NCBI GenBank assembly: GCA_028693955.1
Contig: JAQUUH010000001.1
Span: 16,260 to 80,259, forward strand
DNA length: 64,000 bases
Direction: 5' to 3'
DNA from: Bacilli bacterium
Lineage (GTDB): Bacteria > Bacillota_I > Bacilli_A > RFN20 > UBA1709
Shown here: positions 31,083 through 41,858 of the stretch, one piece after another
Position numbering within the stretch: position 1 is the first letter of the stretch
Layout of the letters: each line of letters begins with the position of its first letter
Notes under the pieces: generated by a model
What the model was told of the DNA's origin: nothing
Database searches by the model: none
Seen by the model: the letters and a program-made list of their open reading frames with translations, nothing else
Position numbers and translations under genes: made by a program

Positions 31083-32297
31083 GTGAGAGAATCGAAAAAA
31101 AATGATATTGATATTAAAGAATCTTTAGAAGAAGTAAAAAAGAGATTTGAAAAAATGGGTAAATCAACTGGTGAAATATATATAAGTGATTTATTCGAAG
31201 CAGTAGCTCATTTGGATTTAAGTGATGAAGAGAACGAGAAATTATTAGATTTTTTTAGGAATCAAAAAATTAATTTGGTTTCTGATGATGAAGAGGAAGA
31301 TGCAAATTTAGACAATATTGATCCAGAAAAAATAAAAATTGATGATAAAGAGATTATTGATGAAGAAATAGAAGAATTTGAAGGACCAGAAGAAGAAGAT
31401 ATTGAAGAAATATTTTCTGTAATAGATTCAGATTACACAGCATTAAGTAGTGAAATTAAAGTTAGCGATCCAGTCAAAATGTATTTAAAAGAAATAGGTA
31501 GGGTTCCTCTTTTAGGTAAAGATGAAGAAATACAATTAGCTGAAAGAGTAGCTATTGGTGACGAAGAAGCAAAAAGTATATTGATTTCCGCCAATTTGCG
31601 ATTAGTTGTTTCGATAGCTAAGCATTATATTGGAAGAGGAATGCTCTTTTTAGACTTAATTCAAGAAGGTAATTTAGGATTGATTAAGGCTTCTGAAAAG
31701 TTTGATCCATCAAGAGGATTCAAATTTTCTACTTACGCAACTTGGTGGATAAGGCAAGCAATAACTAGAGCTATTGCCGACCAAGCAAGGACAATTAGAA
31801 TACCTGTTCACATGGTTGAAACGATCAACAAAATGACGAGAGTTCAACGTCAATTAACACAAGATTTAGGTAGAGATCCTTCAGCAGAAGAAATAGCTGA
31901 AAAAATGGGAGGAGGAATTACTCCCGCAAGAGTTAGAGAAATTCAAAGGATAGCGATGGAACCAGTATCATTAGAAACTCCAATTGGCGAAGAAGATGAT
32001 TCACATCTAGGAGATTTTCTTGAGGATAAAGATGCTGTTTCTCCTAGCGAATTTGCAACTAATGAGTTACTTAAAGATGAATTATATAGTGTTATGAGTG
32101 ATTTGACAGATAGAGAAGAAAGAGTATTAAGATTAAGGTTTGGATTGGATGATGGTCATCCAAGAACACTCGAAGAAGTGGGGAAAGAATTTGGAGTTAC
32201 TCGTGAAAGAATAAGACAAATTGAATCTAAAGCGCTTAGAAAATTACGTCACCCAGCAAGAGCTAAGAGATTCGGTGATTATCGTGATCAAAAATAG
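31083..32297 (+). CDS. sigA: RNA polymerase sigma factor SigA (RpoD)
   Basis: Regions 2.x to 4.2 conserved. GTG start follows AGGAG. Confidence 0.9.
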   Translation: MRESKKNDIDIKESLEEVKKRFEKMGKSTGEIYISDLFEAVAHLDLSDEENEKLLDFFRNQKINLVSDDEEEDANLDNIDPEKIKIDDKEIIDEEIEEFEGPEEEDIEEIFSVIDSDYTALSSEIKVSDPVKMYLKEIGRVPLLGKDEEIQLAERVAIGDEEAKSILISANLRLVVSIAKHYIGRGMLFLDLIQEGNLGLIKASEKFDPSRGFKFSTYATWWIRQAITRAIADQARTIRIPVHMVETINKMTRVQRQLTQDLGRDPSAEEIAEKMGGGITPARVREIQRIAMEPVSLETPIGEEDDSHLGDFLEDKDAVSPSEFATNELLKDELYSVMSDLTDREERVLRLRFGLDDGHPRTLEEVGKEFGVTRERIRQIESKALRKLRHPARAKRFGDYRDQK

Positions 32298-32994
32298 ATC
32301 ATCTACTCATTTAGGAATAAGATTAAAAACAATTGCCGATATGGTAGATGAGTGTGAGGTTCTTGTTGATATAGGAACTGATCATGGATTATTACCTATA
32401 TATTTATTAGAAAAAAAAATAATTATCAAAGCAATAGCCACTGATATATGTATATCTCCATTAGAGCAGGCAAAGAAAAATGCTAAAAAGAAGAGTTTGT
32501 TGAATAAAATGGATTTTATAGTAAGCGATGGATTAAATAAAATCAATAAAAAGTTTAATTATATAGTAATTGCTGGATTGGGAACTAGAACAATAGTTAA
32601 TATACTAAAAAATGCCAAAATAAAACTAAATAAAGACCACAAAATAATTGTTCAGTCAAATAATGGTTGTTATTTAGTTAGAAAATGGGGATATTTAAAT
32701 GGTTTGATAATTGAAGATGAGAAAATGATTAAGGAGAATAAAATATATTATGAAATAATCAAATTCAAATTTGATGATAATAAAAATAAGGTATTATATT
32801 CAGAAAATGATTTAATTTTCGGTCCTATTTTATTGAAAAACAAAGATTTGTTATTAAAAGAAAGAATAGAAAAAGAACAAGAAAAATTACTTGATATCAT
32901 TAAAAAGATTCCTAAAAATAAAACTTTAGAAACTAGAAATGTAACATTAAAATATGATAGAAATAAAGAAATATTAGATTACTTGAATTTATAG
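32284..32994 (+). CDS. trmK: tRNA (adenine22-N1)-methyltransferase TrmK (YqfN)
   Basis: [12 protein letters not shown]...[13 protein letters not shown] aligns with the N-terminus of B. subtilis TrmK. Proposed GTG start overlaps the sigA 3' end. Start uncertain. Confidence 0.6.
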   Translation: MIKNRSSTHLGIRLKTIADMVDECEVLVDIGTDHGLLPIYLLEKKIIIKAIATDICISPLEQAKKNAKKKSLLNKMDFIVSDGLNKINKKFNYIVIAGLGTRTIVNILKNAKIKLNKDHKIIVQSNNGCYLVRKWGYLNGLIIEDEKMIKENKIYYEIIKFKFDDNKNKVLYSENDLIFGPILLKNKDLLLKERIEKEQEKLLDIIKKIPKNKTLETRNVTLKYDRNKEILDYLNL

Positions 32995-33879
32995 TAAGAT
33001 TTTTTTGTCGTCTAATTCAATTTTGATTCCAAATTTAACATAATCAATTATTTGATCCACAATAGCCTTTGGAGTTGAGGCACCAGATACTATTAGAATT
33101 TTTTCGTCTTGATTAATTATTTCTTTTGATAATTCTTCAGCATTATTGATGAACATAGTTTTTTTCGATTTATTGTTAGCAATTTTATATAATTCTTTTG
33201 TATTATTGCTTTTTTTATCGCCTACAACAATTATTCTATCATAATATGAATCTTTTATTTCGTTGAGTTTTGTTTGACGAATAGTGGTTTCATTACAAAT
33301 ATTATTTATTAGGTTTATGTTTGGTAAACATTTTTTGATAGCTTTTAAATCATCAATTAGTACTGTTGTTTGTACAGCTAATGACATATTATTTAAATTA
33401 TATTTATTTAAGTCATTTTTAGAATAAATTGCGTGTATTTTTTGAGAATTAATTGAAATAATTGCTTCTAATTCTGGGTGATTTTTTATTCCGTAGTAAA
33501 TGATTTCTTTTTTGTTTTCATTAATTTCTTTTTCAATTTTTCTTTCTATATTGCTTACTATAGGACATGTTGCACTAATATGAAGAAATCCTAATTTTTC
33601 AGCTTCTTGTACAATTTTTTTATTTGCGCCATGTGCTGTTGTTACAAAGAAACCTTTTTTAAGTTTAGATAATTTTTCAATAGTCTTATCTTTTAAATTA
33701 TCTTCAATAGTAATTATGTCAAGTTTTTTTAATGCATCAGTAACATGATTGTTATGAACTAAATTACCCCATATGTATATGGGGGTATTAGGATTGTTTT
33801 TTCTTAATTCTTTAACTATATTTATCGCATGAATGACACCTTTGCAATATCCATAGGGACTCAATATATCTATTTGCAT
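32989..33879 (-). CDS. ispH: 4-hydroxy-3-methylbut-2-enyl diphosphate reductase IspH (LytB)
   Basis: N-terminus MQIDILSPYGYCKGV. Conserved Cys residues present. Confidence 0.85.
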   Translation of the reverse strand: MQIDILSPYGYCKGVIHAINIVKELRKNNPNTPIYIWGNLVHNNHVTDALKKLDIITIEDNLKDKTIEKLSKLKKGFFVTTAHGANKKIVQEAEKLGFLHISATCPIVSNIERKIEKEINENKKEIIYYGIKNHPELEAIISINSQKIHAIYSKNDLNKYNLNNMSLAVQTTVLIDDLKAIKKCLPNINLINNICNETTIRQTKLNEIKDSYYDRIIVVGDKKSNNTKELYKIANNKSKKTMFINNAEELSKEIINQDEKILIVSGASTPKAIVDQIIDYVKFGIKIELDDKKILL

Positions 33880-34008
33880 TTTTTTCACCATACAAATTAT
33901 ATAATATATTCATTATTTTATCTATTATTAGATATTACAATTACGTTTTCTTTGAAATGTCTATGGATATATTGTATAATAAAGTGCTAGTAAAAGTGAG
34001 TGATAATA

Positions 34009-35397
34009 ATGAATAAATTTAATGAGTTTAATTTAAATGAAAATATTTTAGATGTATTATCAAAAATTAATTTTGATATACCAACAAAAATACAGCAAAA
34101 AGTTATTCCTTTGGCACTAAAAGGGGAAGATATAATAGGGAAATCGGAGACAGGATCTGGGAAAACTCATGCTTTTTTGTTGCCAATATTAGAAAATATT
34201 GATGTAAATAAAAATGAAGTTCAAGCTATAATTTTAGCTCCAACAAGAGAGCTTTCATCACAAATAATGCAAATGATCGAGCCATTTATTGATGCTAATC
34301 CAAAAATTAAAGTAATTTTAATGTCTAGTGGCCTTGATCGTGAGAGAATGTTTAAAAAAATAGAAGATATTCCTCATATTATTATTGGAACACCAGGTAG
34401 AATCAAAGACATCGCTTTTGATAAAGCATCTTTAAATGTTACTAATTGTGATACGGTGGTATTAGATGAAGCAGATATGATTTTGGAAAGTGGTTTCATT
34501 GATGATGTAGGATATATAATAGGTAAAATGAAACCTAAGCTTCAAATGTTGGTTTTTAGTGCAACATTTAATGAACAATTACTTCATTTTTTAAAAAAAT
34601 ATATGAATTCGCCAAATATGATTGATTTAAATAAAGATAATACCTCACCAACCAAAATCACTCATATTTGTTATCCAACAAGAAACAAGGAAAAAATTAT
34701 TGTTTTAATGGATATTTTAAATACTATAAATCCATATATGTGTCTTGTTTTTGCATCTAGAAAGGAAACTGTAAAAAATGTATATGATAGATTAAAACAG
34801 TCAGGTTTTAATGTTGGAATAATTCATGGAGATCTTGACTCAACAACAAGAAGAGTAATGATGAAAAGAATTAGAAACAATGATTTTAATATCATTGTTT
34901 CAAGTGATATTGCTGCAAGAGGAATCGATATAGATGGTGTAAGTCATGTAATAAATTATGACTTACCATATGAGAAAGAGTTTTATTTTCATCGTGCTGG
35001 TAGAACAGGAAGAGCAAAATATGACGGAATGTGTATCACTCTTTATGATAAAGAAGAGATAAAAAAGTTAGAAGAATTCCATAATCTAGGTGTTAAATTT
35101 AAAAACATGGAATTTCGAGAAGGAAAATTTTTTGAACTAAAACCTTTGTTTAGAGAAAAGAAAGTAAAAAGTCTTAATAAACATCCAGAACACAAAAAAA
35201 TTATTGAAGTTGTCAATAAAAGCAAGAAAAATGGTGTAAAACCTGGTTATAAAAAGAAGATGAAAGAAGAAATAGATAAAATAAAACGAAAGTATCGCCG
35301 AAAAATGATTGAAGAAGATATTAAAAGACAAATAAAAGAAAGAGCAATAAAAAAGAATTTATCTTCAAAGGAGGAAGCAAAAAATGATGAACAATAA
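34009..35397 (+). CDS. cshB: DEAD-box ATP-dependent RNA helicase (CshB-like) with a basic C-terminal tail
   Basis: Q motif, Walker A SETGSGKT, DEAD box, SAT motif, and HRAGRTGR. Lys-rich tail. Confidence 0.8.
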   Translation: MNKFNEFNLNENILDVLSKINFDIPTKIQQKVIPLALKGEDIIGKSETGSGKTHAFLLPILENIDVNKNEVQAIILAPTRELSSQIMQMIEPFIDANPKIKVILMSSGLDRERMFKKIEDIPHIIIGTPGRIKDIAFDKASLNVTNCDTVVLDEADMILESGFIDDVGYIIGKMKPKLQMLVFSATFNEQLLHFLKKYMNSPNMIDLNKDNTSPTKITHICYPTRNKEKIIVLMDILNTINPYMCLVFASRKETVKNVYDRLKQSGFNVGIIHGDLDSTTRRVMMKRIRNNDFNIIVSSDIAARGIDIDGVSHVINYDLPYEKEFYFHRAGRTGRAKYDGMCITLYDKEEIKKLEEFHNLGVKFKNMEFREGKFFELKPLFREKKVKSLNKHPEHKKIIEVVNKSKKNGVKPGYKKKMKEEIDKIKRKYRRKMIEEDIKRQIKERAIKKNLSSKEEAKNDEQ

Positions 35398-36286
35398 AAA
35401 ACTTATAATTGGATCTCATGTCCAAGTATCTGGTGAAGGTATGCTAGTAAAGGCTGTAGAAGATACAATAAGTTATGGAGCCAATACTTTCATGTTTTAC
35501 ACTGGGGCTCCTCAAAATTCACAAAGAAAGCCTATTTCTAGTTTTAGAATAGAAGAAGCAAAAAAACTTATGAAGAATAATGGGATTGATATAGATAATG
35601 TTATTGTTCATGCCCCATATATCATAAATTTAGCCAATAAAAATTCTCCAGATAATTTTGCCTCAAAATTTTTGATTCAAGAAATTGATAGAGTGTCTAA
35701 AATTGGGTGTAGATATCTGGTGCTTCATCCTGGAAGTCATGTTGGGGCTGGTGTTGAAGAGGGATTAAAAACTATAGTTAAAAATTTAAATTTTGTTTTT
35801 GAAAATGATAATAGTAATGTAATTATCCTTATTGAAACAATGGCAGGTAAAGGAACAGAACTTGGCAAAAATTTTGGTGAGATAAAATATATTTTAGATA
35901 ATGTCGAGAAAAAAGATAGGTTAGGCGTTTGCATTGATAGTTGCCATTTAAATGACGCTGGATATGATGTTAGTAATTTTGATTCAGTATTAGATGAATT
36001 TGACAAAATTGTTGGTGTTGATAAAATTAAAGCTGTTCATATAAATGATAGTAAAAATGTTAAAGGTGCTGCAAAAGATAGACATGAAAATTTTGGGTTT
36101 GGGGAATTGGGGTTTGAGACTTTAATAAAAATAGTCTACAATCCTCGACTTATAGATGCTCCTAAAATTTTAGAAACACCATGGGTTGAGGATTTACCAC
36201 CTTATAAATTAGAAATTGAAATGATAAGAAATAAAAAGTTTAATGAAAATATGAAAAAAGAATTACTTAACTTACAAGGAAAGTAA
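35384..36286 (+). CDS. nfo: endonuclease IV
   Basis: AP endonuclease family 2 TIM-barrel motifs. Follows cshB, as in Bacillus. Confidence 0.85.
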   Translation: MMNNKKLIIGSHVQVSGEGMLVKAVEDTISYGANTFMFYTGAPQNSQRKPISSFRIEEAKKLMKNNGIDIDNVIVHAPYIINLANKNSPDNFASKFLIQEIDRVSKIGCRYLVLHPGSHVGAGVEEGLKTIVKNLNFVFENDNSNVIILIETMAGKGTELGKNFGEIKYILDNVEKKDRLGVCIDSCHLNDAGYDVSNFDSVLDEFDKIVGVDKIKAVHINDSKNVKGAAKDRHENFGFGELGFETLIKIVYNPRLIDAPKILETPWVEDLPPYKLEIEMIRNKKFNENMKKELLNLQGK

Positions 36287-36299
36287 TTCTTTCTTTTTA

Positions 36300-37358
36300 T
36301 CATAAAATCATATTTTTAATTTCATTTATTAATTCATCTGCGGCATCTTTTTCTTTAACTTTCTTTAGAATTTTTCCCTTTTTAAAAATAACAGCTTCTT
36401 TATTTCCTCCAGCTAAGCCTATATCTGCGTTTTTTGCTTCTCCAGGGCCATTTACAATACATCCCATAATAGCAACACTTATATTGTTGTTTATTGTATT
36501 TAAATAAGCTTTTACTTTTTCTATTATTGGCAACATATCATAATTTGTTCTTCCACATGTTGGGCAAGATATTAATTTTGGAAAACTATTGTATAAATTA
36601 AAGGTAGATAATAATTCTTTACAAGCATCTATTTCAAAAATAGGGTTTCCAGTTATTGAAATTCTAATTGTATTTCCTATTTTTTCGTTTAGAAGAATTC
36701 CTAAACCAGCCGATGATCTAACTAAACTTGATGATAAATCTCCTGCTTCTGTAATTCCAATATGTAAAGGATAACTAAAAAGTTCACTTGCCATAGTGTA
36801 CGCCTTAATTGTTTCTAAAACATTTGAAGATTTTACAGATATAATAATGTTTTTAAAATTTTTGCTTTCAAAGAAAGCAATGGATCTTTTTAAACTTTCA
36901 ATCATAGAAATTGCGTTATTTGAACCCCATTTTTCTTCAATATCTTTTTCTAAAGATGCTCCATTTATTCCAATTCTGATTGGAATATCATGTAATTTAC
37001 ACAAATTTATTATTTCCTCTATTTGTTTTTTGTTTCCTAGTGTTCCAGGATTTATTCTAATTTTATCTACGCCATTTTCAATTGCTTTTATGGCTAGTTT
37101 ATAATCAAAATGAATGTCAGCTACTAGAGGTATTGTAATTCTCTTTTTAATTTCTTTGATTGATAAAGCATCATCATCATCTATAACAGAAACTCTTATA
37201 ATTTCGCAACCTCTTATTATTAAGTCATTTATTTGCTTTATTACTTCGTCAGTTTTACTAGTCTTTATATTACACATAGATTGAATTATTACTTTATTAT
37301 TTCCACCTATTTCAATATTGCCAACTTTTATTTTTTGTGTTTGATTTCTTGTATACAT
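36300..37358 (-). CDS. ispG: 4-hydroxy-3-methylbut-2-en-1-yl diphosphate synthase IspG (GcpE)
   Basis: 352 aa with the C-terminal CPTCGR iron-sulfur cluster motif. Confidence 0.85.
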   Translation of the reverse strand: MYTRNQTQKIKVGNIEIGGNNKVIIQSMCNIKTSKTDEVIKQINDLIIRGCEIIRVSVIDDDDALSIKEIKKRITIPLVADIHFDYKLAIKAIENGVDKIRINPGTLGNKKQIEEIINLCKLHDIPIRIGINGASLEKDIEEKWGSNNAISMIESLKRSIAFFESKNFKNIIISVKSSNVLETIKAYTMASELFSYPLHIGITEAGDLSSSLVRSSAGLGILLNEKIGNTIRISITGNPIFEIDACKELLSTFNLYNSFPKLISCPTCGRTNYDMLPIIEKVKAYLNTINNNISVAIMGCIVNGPGEAKNADIGLAGGNKEAVIFKKGKILKKVKEKDAADELINEIKNMIL

Positions 37359-37484
37359 AATATCACCATAATGATTATATCATACTCAAACAAATTATAT
37401 AATTTAAAACATAAATAATAGTGGAAAGAAATTTGGTATTGTGATATTATTACTAAGTAATATGAGGATTCGGGGGTGTTTTAA

Positions 37485-37634
37485 ATGAGAGATTATATAA
37501 TTTATAAATGCACGGTTTGTGGTGAAGAAAATTATATTGGAACCAAAAATAAACGTTTACATCCTGATCGTTTGGAAGTTAATAAATATTGTAAGCGTTG
37601 TAAGAAAAAAACTGTTCATAAAGAAAAGAAATAA
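37485..37634 (+). CDS. rpmG: 50S ribosomal protein L33
   Basis: 49 aa, [49 protein letters not shown], with CxxC...CxxC. Below the ORF-track size cutoff. Confidence 0.85.
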   Translation: MRDYIIYKCTVCGEENYIGTKNKRLHPDRLEVNKYCKRCKKKTVHKEKK

Positions 37635-37656
37635 AAACCTATTTAGGTTTTTTTTC
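37634..37656 (+). terminator. rho-independent terminator after rpmG
   Basis: aaacct-attt-aggttt followed by TTTTTT. Confidence 0.75.
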
Positions 37657-37703
37657 ATATAATTATTGATAAAAGTGTATTATTAAAAAGGAGGTATCAA
37701 AAT

Positions 37704-38318
37704 ATGGAAGAAATTAAACAAATTCCTAATGGTCCAGTGCAAGGCAATACATATGTTATAGGAGAAGGAGAAAGTTGTTATATTATTGACCCAGGCTATG
37801 ATTATCAAAGAATAATTCAATATGTAAAAAGTAAATATAAATTTGTTAAAGCAATATTACTTACTCATGGTCATTTTGATCATTGTGGAGCTGTTGATGA
37901 GGTTGCAAGTTTTTTTAATTGCAAAACTTATATGAATCTTGAAGACATGGTTTTTATTGATTCACCTACTAAAAAATCACAGTCTCCAATTTTGGGGATG
38001 ACAATAAAATTAGAGACACCAATATTATCTCTTGATGATTTTAATGATGATAATATAATTGTTTTAAATACACCAGGACATTCAAAAGGTAGTGTTTGCT
38101 TTTGGTTTAAAAAGGAAAAAGCATTATTTTCTGGTGACACATTATTTTCGGTAGATATTGGTAGAGTAGATTTACCTGGTGGAAGTATGAAGGAAATGAC
38201 TGAATCACTAAAGTTACTTAAGACACTTCCAGATGATTTAAAAGTATATCCTGGTCATGAAGAAACAACAACATTAGGAAAAGAAAAAAGAACAAATATG
38301 TATTTATCGCGAATATAA
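37704..38318 (+). CDS. MBL-fold metallo-hydrolase (glyoxalase II-like)
   Basis: LLTHGHFDHCGA motif. Confidence 0.75.
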   Translation: MEEIKQIPNGPVQGNTYVIGEGESCYIIDPGYDYQRIIQYVKSKYKFVKAILLTHGHFDHCGAVDEVASFFNCKTYMNLEDMVFIDSPTKKSQSPILGMTIKLETPILSLDDFNDDNIIVLNTPGHSKGSVCFWFKKEKALFSGDTLFSVDIGRVDLPGGSMKEMTESLKLLKTLPDDLKVYPGHEETTTLGKEKRTNMYLSRI

Positions 38319-38394
38319 TATGCATTTTTTCATATTTCTATTTAAATATTGTTAATTATTTGCTATTATATACTAGGTAAAAGGAGAGGAAAAA

Positions 38395-38952
38395 ATGATT
38401 CAAGTTAATGATTTAAAACCAGGAACCTCTTTTGCTTATGAAAATGAAATTTTCTCTGTTTTGGATATCATGCACAATAAAACAGCTATGCGTGGCATGA
38501 TTATAAAAGTAAAAGTTAAAAATCTTCGTAATGGAGTTATTAAGGAAATGACCTTTACTGGTGGAGATAAAGTTGAAGCAGTTCATCTTGATAAGAAATC
38601 ACATCAATATTTGTATTCTGATGGTGATGACTTAGTTTTTATGGATAATGAAACTTATGAGCAAATTAGCATTCCAAAGGAAAGGCTTCAATGGGAGATT
38701 AATTTTCTTGTTGAAAATCAAGATGTGGAAATAACTTCATATCAAAAAGAAATAATCGGTATTTCTTTACCTGTTAAAGTTGAGCTCGTAGTAAAGCACA
38801 CTGATCCAGGGGTTAGAGGAGATACAGCGACTAAAGCAACAAAAGAAGCAGTATTAGAAACAGGTTATATTGTTAAGGTTCCGTTATTCATAAATGAAGG
38901 CGAAAAATTAATCATTCGAACTGATACTGGTGAATATGATTCAAGAGCTTAA
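38395..38952 (+). CDS. efp: elongation factor P
   Basis: 185 aa. N-terminus MIQVNDLKPGTSF is typical of EF-P. Confidence 0.9.
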   Translation: MIQVNDLKPGTSFAYENEIFSVLDIMHNKTAMRGMIIKVKVKNLRNGVIKEMTFTGGDKVEAVHLDKKSHQYLYSDGDDLVFMDNETYEQISIPKERLQWEINFLVENQDVEITSYQKEIIGISLPVKVELVVKHTDPGVRGDTATKATKEAVLETGYIVKVPLFINEGEKLIIRTDTGEYDSRA

Positions 38953-39039
38953 TTATAAGCTCTTTTTTTATCAATTCTTAGATATTTAAAAATATATATA
39001 AGTATGATATAATTACAACAATACTGGAGGTTATATTCA

Positions 39040-39381
39040 ATGTCAAAGTATAAATACCATTTGATAAAAAATTTCACTACCAATGGGAATTTGGGAATTT
39101 CCACTAAGGCAATTTCTGAAATAACAACTACAGCAATTAAAGAAGTTGAGGGAGTTATTATACCAGATAGTCATTCAGTTCTTTTTAAAACAGAACCAGT
39201 TAGTTGTCGCTTCAATGGTAAGGGTGACTTATTTATAAATATATTTATTAGAGTGAAATATGGTTATAATGTCGGTGAAATTTGTAATTATTTGCAGGAA
39301 AAAGTTGAACAAGTGTTAATGTTTACTACTGAAATACGACCAAAAAAAATACATATTAAAGTTGATGATGTAAAATCGTAA
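39040..39381 (+). CDS. Asp23/Gls24-family alkaline shock protein
   Basis: Asp23-family size and pattern. Occupies the same relative position as Bacillus yqhY, upstream of nusB. Confidence 0.65.
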   Translation: MSKYKYHLIKNFTTNGNLGISTKAISEITTTAIKEVEGVIIPDSHSVLFKTEPVSCRFNGKGDLFINIFIRVKYGYNVGEICNYLQEKVEQVLMFTTEIRPKKIHIKVDDVKS

Positions 39382-39385
39382 CAAA

Positions 39386-39422
39386 AAAACAAACTGTTAT
39401 TAATTCAGTTTGTTTTTATTTT
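39386..39422. terminator. bidirectional terminator
   Basis: aaacaaactg-N9-cagtttgttt, flanked by A- and T-runs. Confidence 0.75.
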
Positions 39423-39423
39423 A

Positions 39424-39828
39424 TTATTCATTCTTATTATTGTTTTTTTTCTCGTTGCGTTCTTCATATTTAAAACCACGTTTGCTTCTTACTTTGCCTC
39501 CAATAGTTTTATTTCCTAATTCACTATCCTCCATATAAACTGGTTTCTTCTCATCAAGTAGGCTTTTATATTCTTCTGGATTTTGGATAGCTTTTTTGAA
39601 TGTTTGCATGTCTTTTGTTTCTAAATAAATATTAAAAACAGTAATTATAAATACTAATAATCCCAATCCTACTCCATATAATAATTGGCCACCATTTTCA
39701 ACAAAAAGAACTATTCCAAGGCTACCAATCATTATTATTCCAGAAAAGATTGCCCCAAAAATAGCTGTGGCTCTATTGCTTTTTGCCTTTTTATATTTTT
39801 CTTCAAATATTTCTTTAAAATTTTCCAT
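39424..39828 (-). CDS. hypothetical two-TM membrane protein with a charged C-terminal tail
   Basis: Two hydrophobic helices followed by a K/E/N-rich tail. No family recognised. Confidence 0.4.
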   Translation of the reverse strand: MENFKEIFEEKYKKAKSNRATAIFGAIFSGIIMIGSLGIVLFVENGGQLLYGVGLGLLVFIITVFNIYLETKDMQTFKKAIQNPEEYKSLLDEKKPVYMEDSELGNKTIGGKVRSKRGFKYEERNEKKNNNKNE

Positions 39829-39932
39829 TTTGTACCTCGTTTAAATTACTTTATAAGTTTGTTTTTATTATACTACAAAAAGATGATAATATGTGATAAA
39901 ATATTTTTGATTATTTGGGGGTTTTTGAAAAT

Positions 39933-40370
39933 ATGGATATTATTGAAAAAAAAGAAGGAATGAGTGTTTCTAGAAGCAAATTACATGAATTAATAATGAT
40001 GTGTATATATCAGTATTTATTCTATTTAAGAATGGGAGATAAACCCGAAATTGATTCTATAGTTAGAAGTATTTTTGATTTATCAACAAAAGATATAGAC
40101 TCATTTGCAAAAAAAGTAATTTTGGAAACCATAAAAAATATGCAGCAAGCTGTAGATGACATAAGCAAATATTTAGTGAAATTCAAATTTGAAAGATTAA
40201 GTTTGATTGAGCAAGCAATATTGGTTTTGGGATATGTGGAAATGAAGCTTTTGGATATTCCTTCTCAAATAGCAATTAATATAGCTGTTAAATTAACTCA
40301 AAAATATTCTGATCAAGATTCATACAAATATATAAATGCTGTTTTGCAAAGGGTGGCAGATAATGAGTAA
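39933..40370 (+). CDS. nusB: transcription antitermination factor NusB
   Basis: LHELIMMCIYQ resembles the NusB N-terminus. Start ambiguous between 39933 and 39960. Confidence 0.7.
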   Translation: MDIIEKKEGMSVSRSKLHELIMMCIYQYLFYLRMGDKPEIDSIVRSIFDLSTKDIDSFAKKVILETIKNMQQAVDDISKYLVKFKFERLSLIEQAILVLGYVEMKLLDIPSQIAINIAVKLTQKYSDQDSYKYINAVLQRVADNE

Positions 40371-41625
40371 TCCAATTAGTGTTTCTTTAATAAATAGGTA
40401 TATAAAAGATGTTTTAGAAAAAGATTATAAGTTAAAAAACTTAAAAATAATCGGAGAAATATCTAATTTAAAAATGCATCAATCAGGTCATTGGTATTTT
40501 ACTTTAAAAGATGAGTATTCAAGAGTAAGTGCAATAATGTTTAGCTCGTATTCTAGCAGGGTTAAAATTAAAATACAAGAAGGAATGAAAGTAATAGTTT
40601 CTGCAAATGTTGGTGTATATGAACAAGGAGGAACTTATCAGTTATATGTAACTGAAATTATTCCCCAAGGTATAGGATCTTTATATATTGAATTTGAAAA
40701 ACTTAAGAAGATTCTTTTTGAAGAAGGTCTTTTTGATGATTCTCATAAAGCAAAAATACCAAGTTTTTGTCAAAAAATAGGTGTTATTACTGCTCCAAAA
40801 GGCGCCGCAGTAAGAGATATAATAACAACAATAAAAAGAAGATGGCCTGTTGCAGAAATAATATTAATACCTGCATTAGTACAAGGCGAAGGCGCAGCGC
40901 TTTCAATTGTAGAAGCTTTAGATATAGCTGATAAAATGAATTTTGATGTAATTATTTGTGGAAGAGGCGGAGGTTCTATTGAAGATCTTTGGCCGTTTAA
41001 TGAAGAAATAGTCGCCAGAAAGATATATGAAGTTAAAACTCCTATAATTTCAGCAGTTGGACATGAAATAGATTATACAATAAGTGATTTTGTTGCTGAT
41101 TTACGAGCACCAACTCCTACTGCAGCTGCAGAGATTGTGACTCCAAATCAGTTTGAATTTTCTCAACTTTTATTACAAACAAAAAGAAACTTAGTGTCAT
41201 CATTTTATAATAAAACGGATTTATTAAATAAAAATATTCAAAATATTAAAAAAATAAATGCCTTAAATAGTGTTGATTCTTTATATATTAACAAAAGATT
41301 ATATTTAGATAATATTCAAACATCAATATCTAAATTGAAAGAAATCTTTTTCAATAAATTGGTTTCTTCGTTAAAAGAAAAAAAAATAGTTTTGAATAAT
41401 AATTTTTTTAAAATATATAATGAGAAAAATCATTATTTAGAAAATTATATATCGAAGATAGATTTATTGAGTCCACTTAAGGTTTTTAGTAGAGGATATG
41501 CAAAGGTTTCTAAAAATAATATTATAGTGACTTCAGTTAAATCTATAAAAGAAAATGATATTTTAAAAATATCTTTTAATGATGGAAACATAGATACTAA
41601 AGTAATTAATAAAAAGGAGGAATAA
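40363..41625 (+). CDS. xseA: exodeoxyribonuclease VII large subunit
   Basis: N-terminal OB fold with SVSLINRYIKDVLE. ATG at 40363 overlaps the nusB 3' end. Confidence 0.85.
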   Translation: MSNPISVSLINRYIKDVLEKDYKLKNLKIIGEISNLKMHQSGHWYFTLKDEYSRVSAIMFSSYSSRVKIKIQEGMKVIVSANVGVYEQGGTYQLYVTEIIPQGIGSLYIEFEKLKKILFEEGLFDDSHKAKIPSFCQKIGVITAPKGAAVRDIITTIKRRWPVAEIILIPALVQGEGAALSIVEALDIADKMNFDVIICGRGGGSIEDLWPFNEEIVARKIYEVKTPIISAVGHEIDYTISDFVADLRAPTPTAAAEIVTPNQFEFSQLLLQTKRNLVSSFYNKTDLLNKNIQNIKKINALNSVDSLYINKRLYLDNIQTSISKLKEIFFNKLVSSLKEKKIVLNNNFFKIYNEKNHYLENYISKIDLLSPLKVFSRGYAKVSKNNIIVTSVKSIKENDILKISFNDGNIDTKVINKKEE

Positions 41626-41628
41626 CAA

Positions 41629-41850
41629 ATGGAAAAAAAGGAATTTAATTTTGAAAATTCTATTACAAGACTAGATGAAATAGTAAAATTACTAGAAGAT
41701 AGTAAAACTCCCCTTGATGAATCTTTAAAATTATTTGAAGAGGGGATATCTCTTGTAAGAAAATGTGAGTTAAAACTCAAAGATGTAGAACAAAAAGCCA
41801 CTAAAATTTTAGAAAACGGATCAATCAGCGATTTTGAAGCAAAGGAATAA
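41629..41850 (+). CDS. xseB: exodeoxyribonuclease VII small subunit
   Basis: 73 aa helical protein immediately after xseA. Confidence 0.8.
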   Translation: MEKKEFNFENSITRLDEIVKLLEDSKTPLDESLKLFEEGISLVRKCELKLKDVEQKATKILENGSISDFEAKE

Positions 41851-41858
41851 AGTATTAA

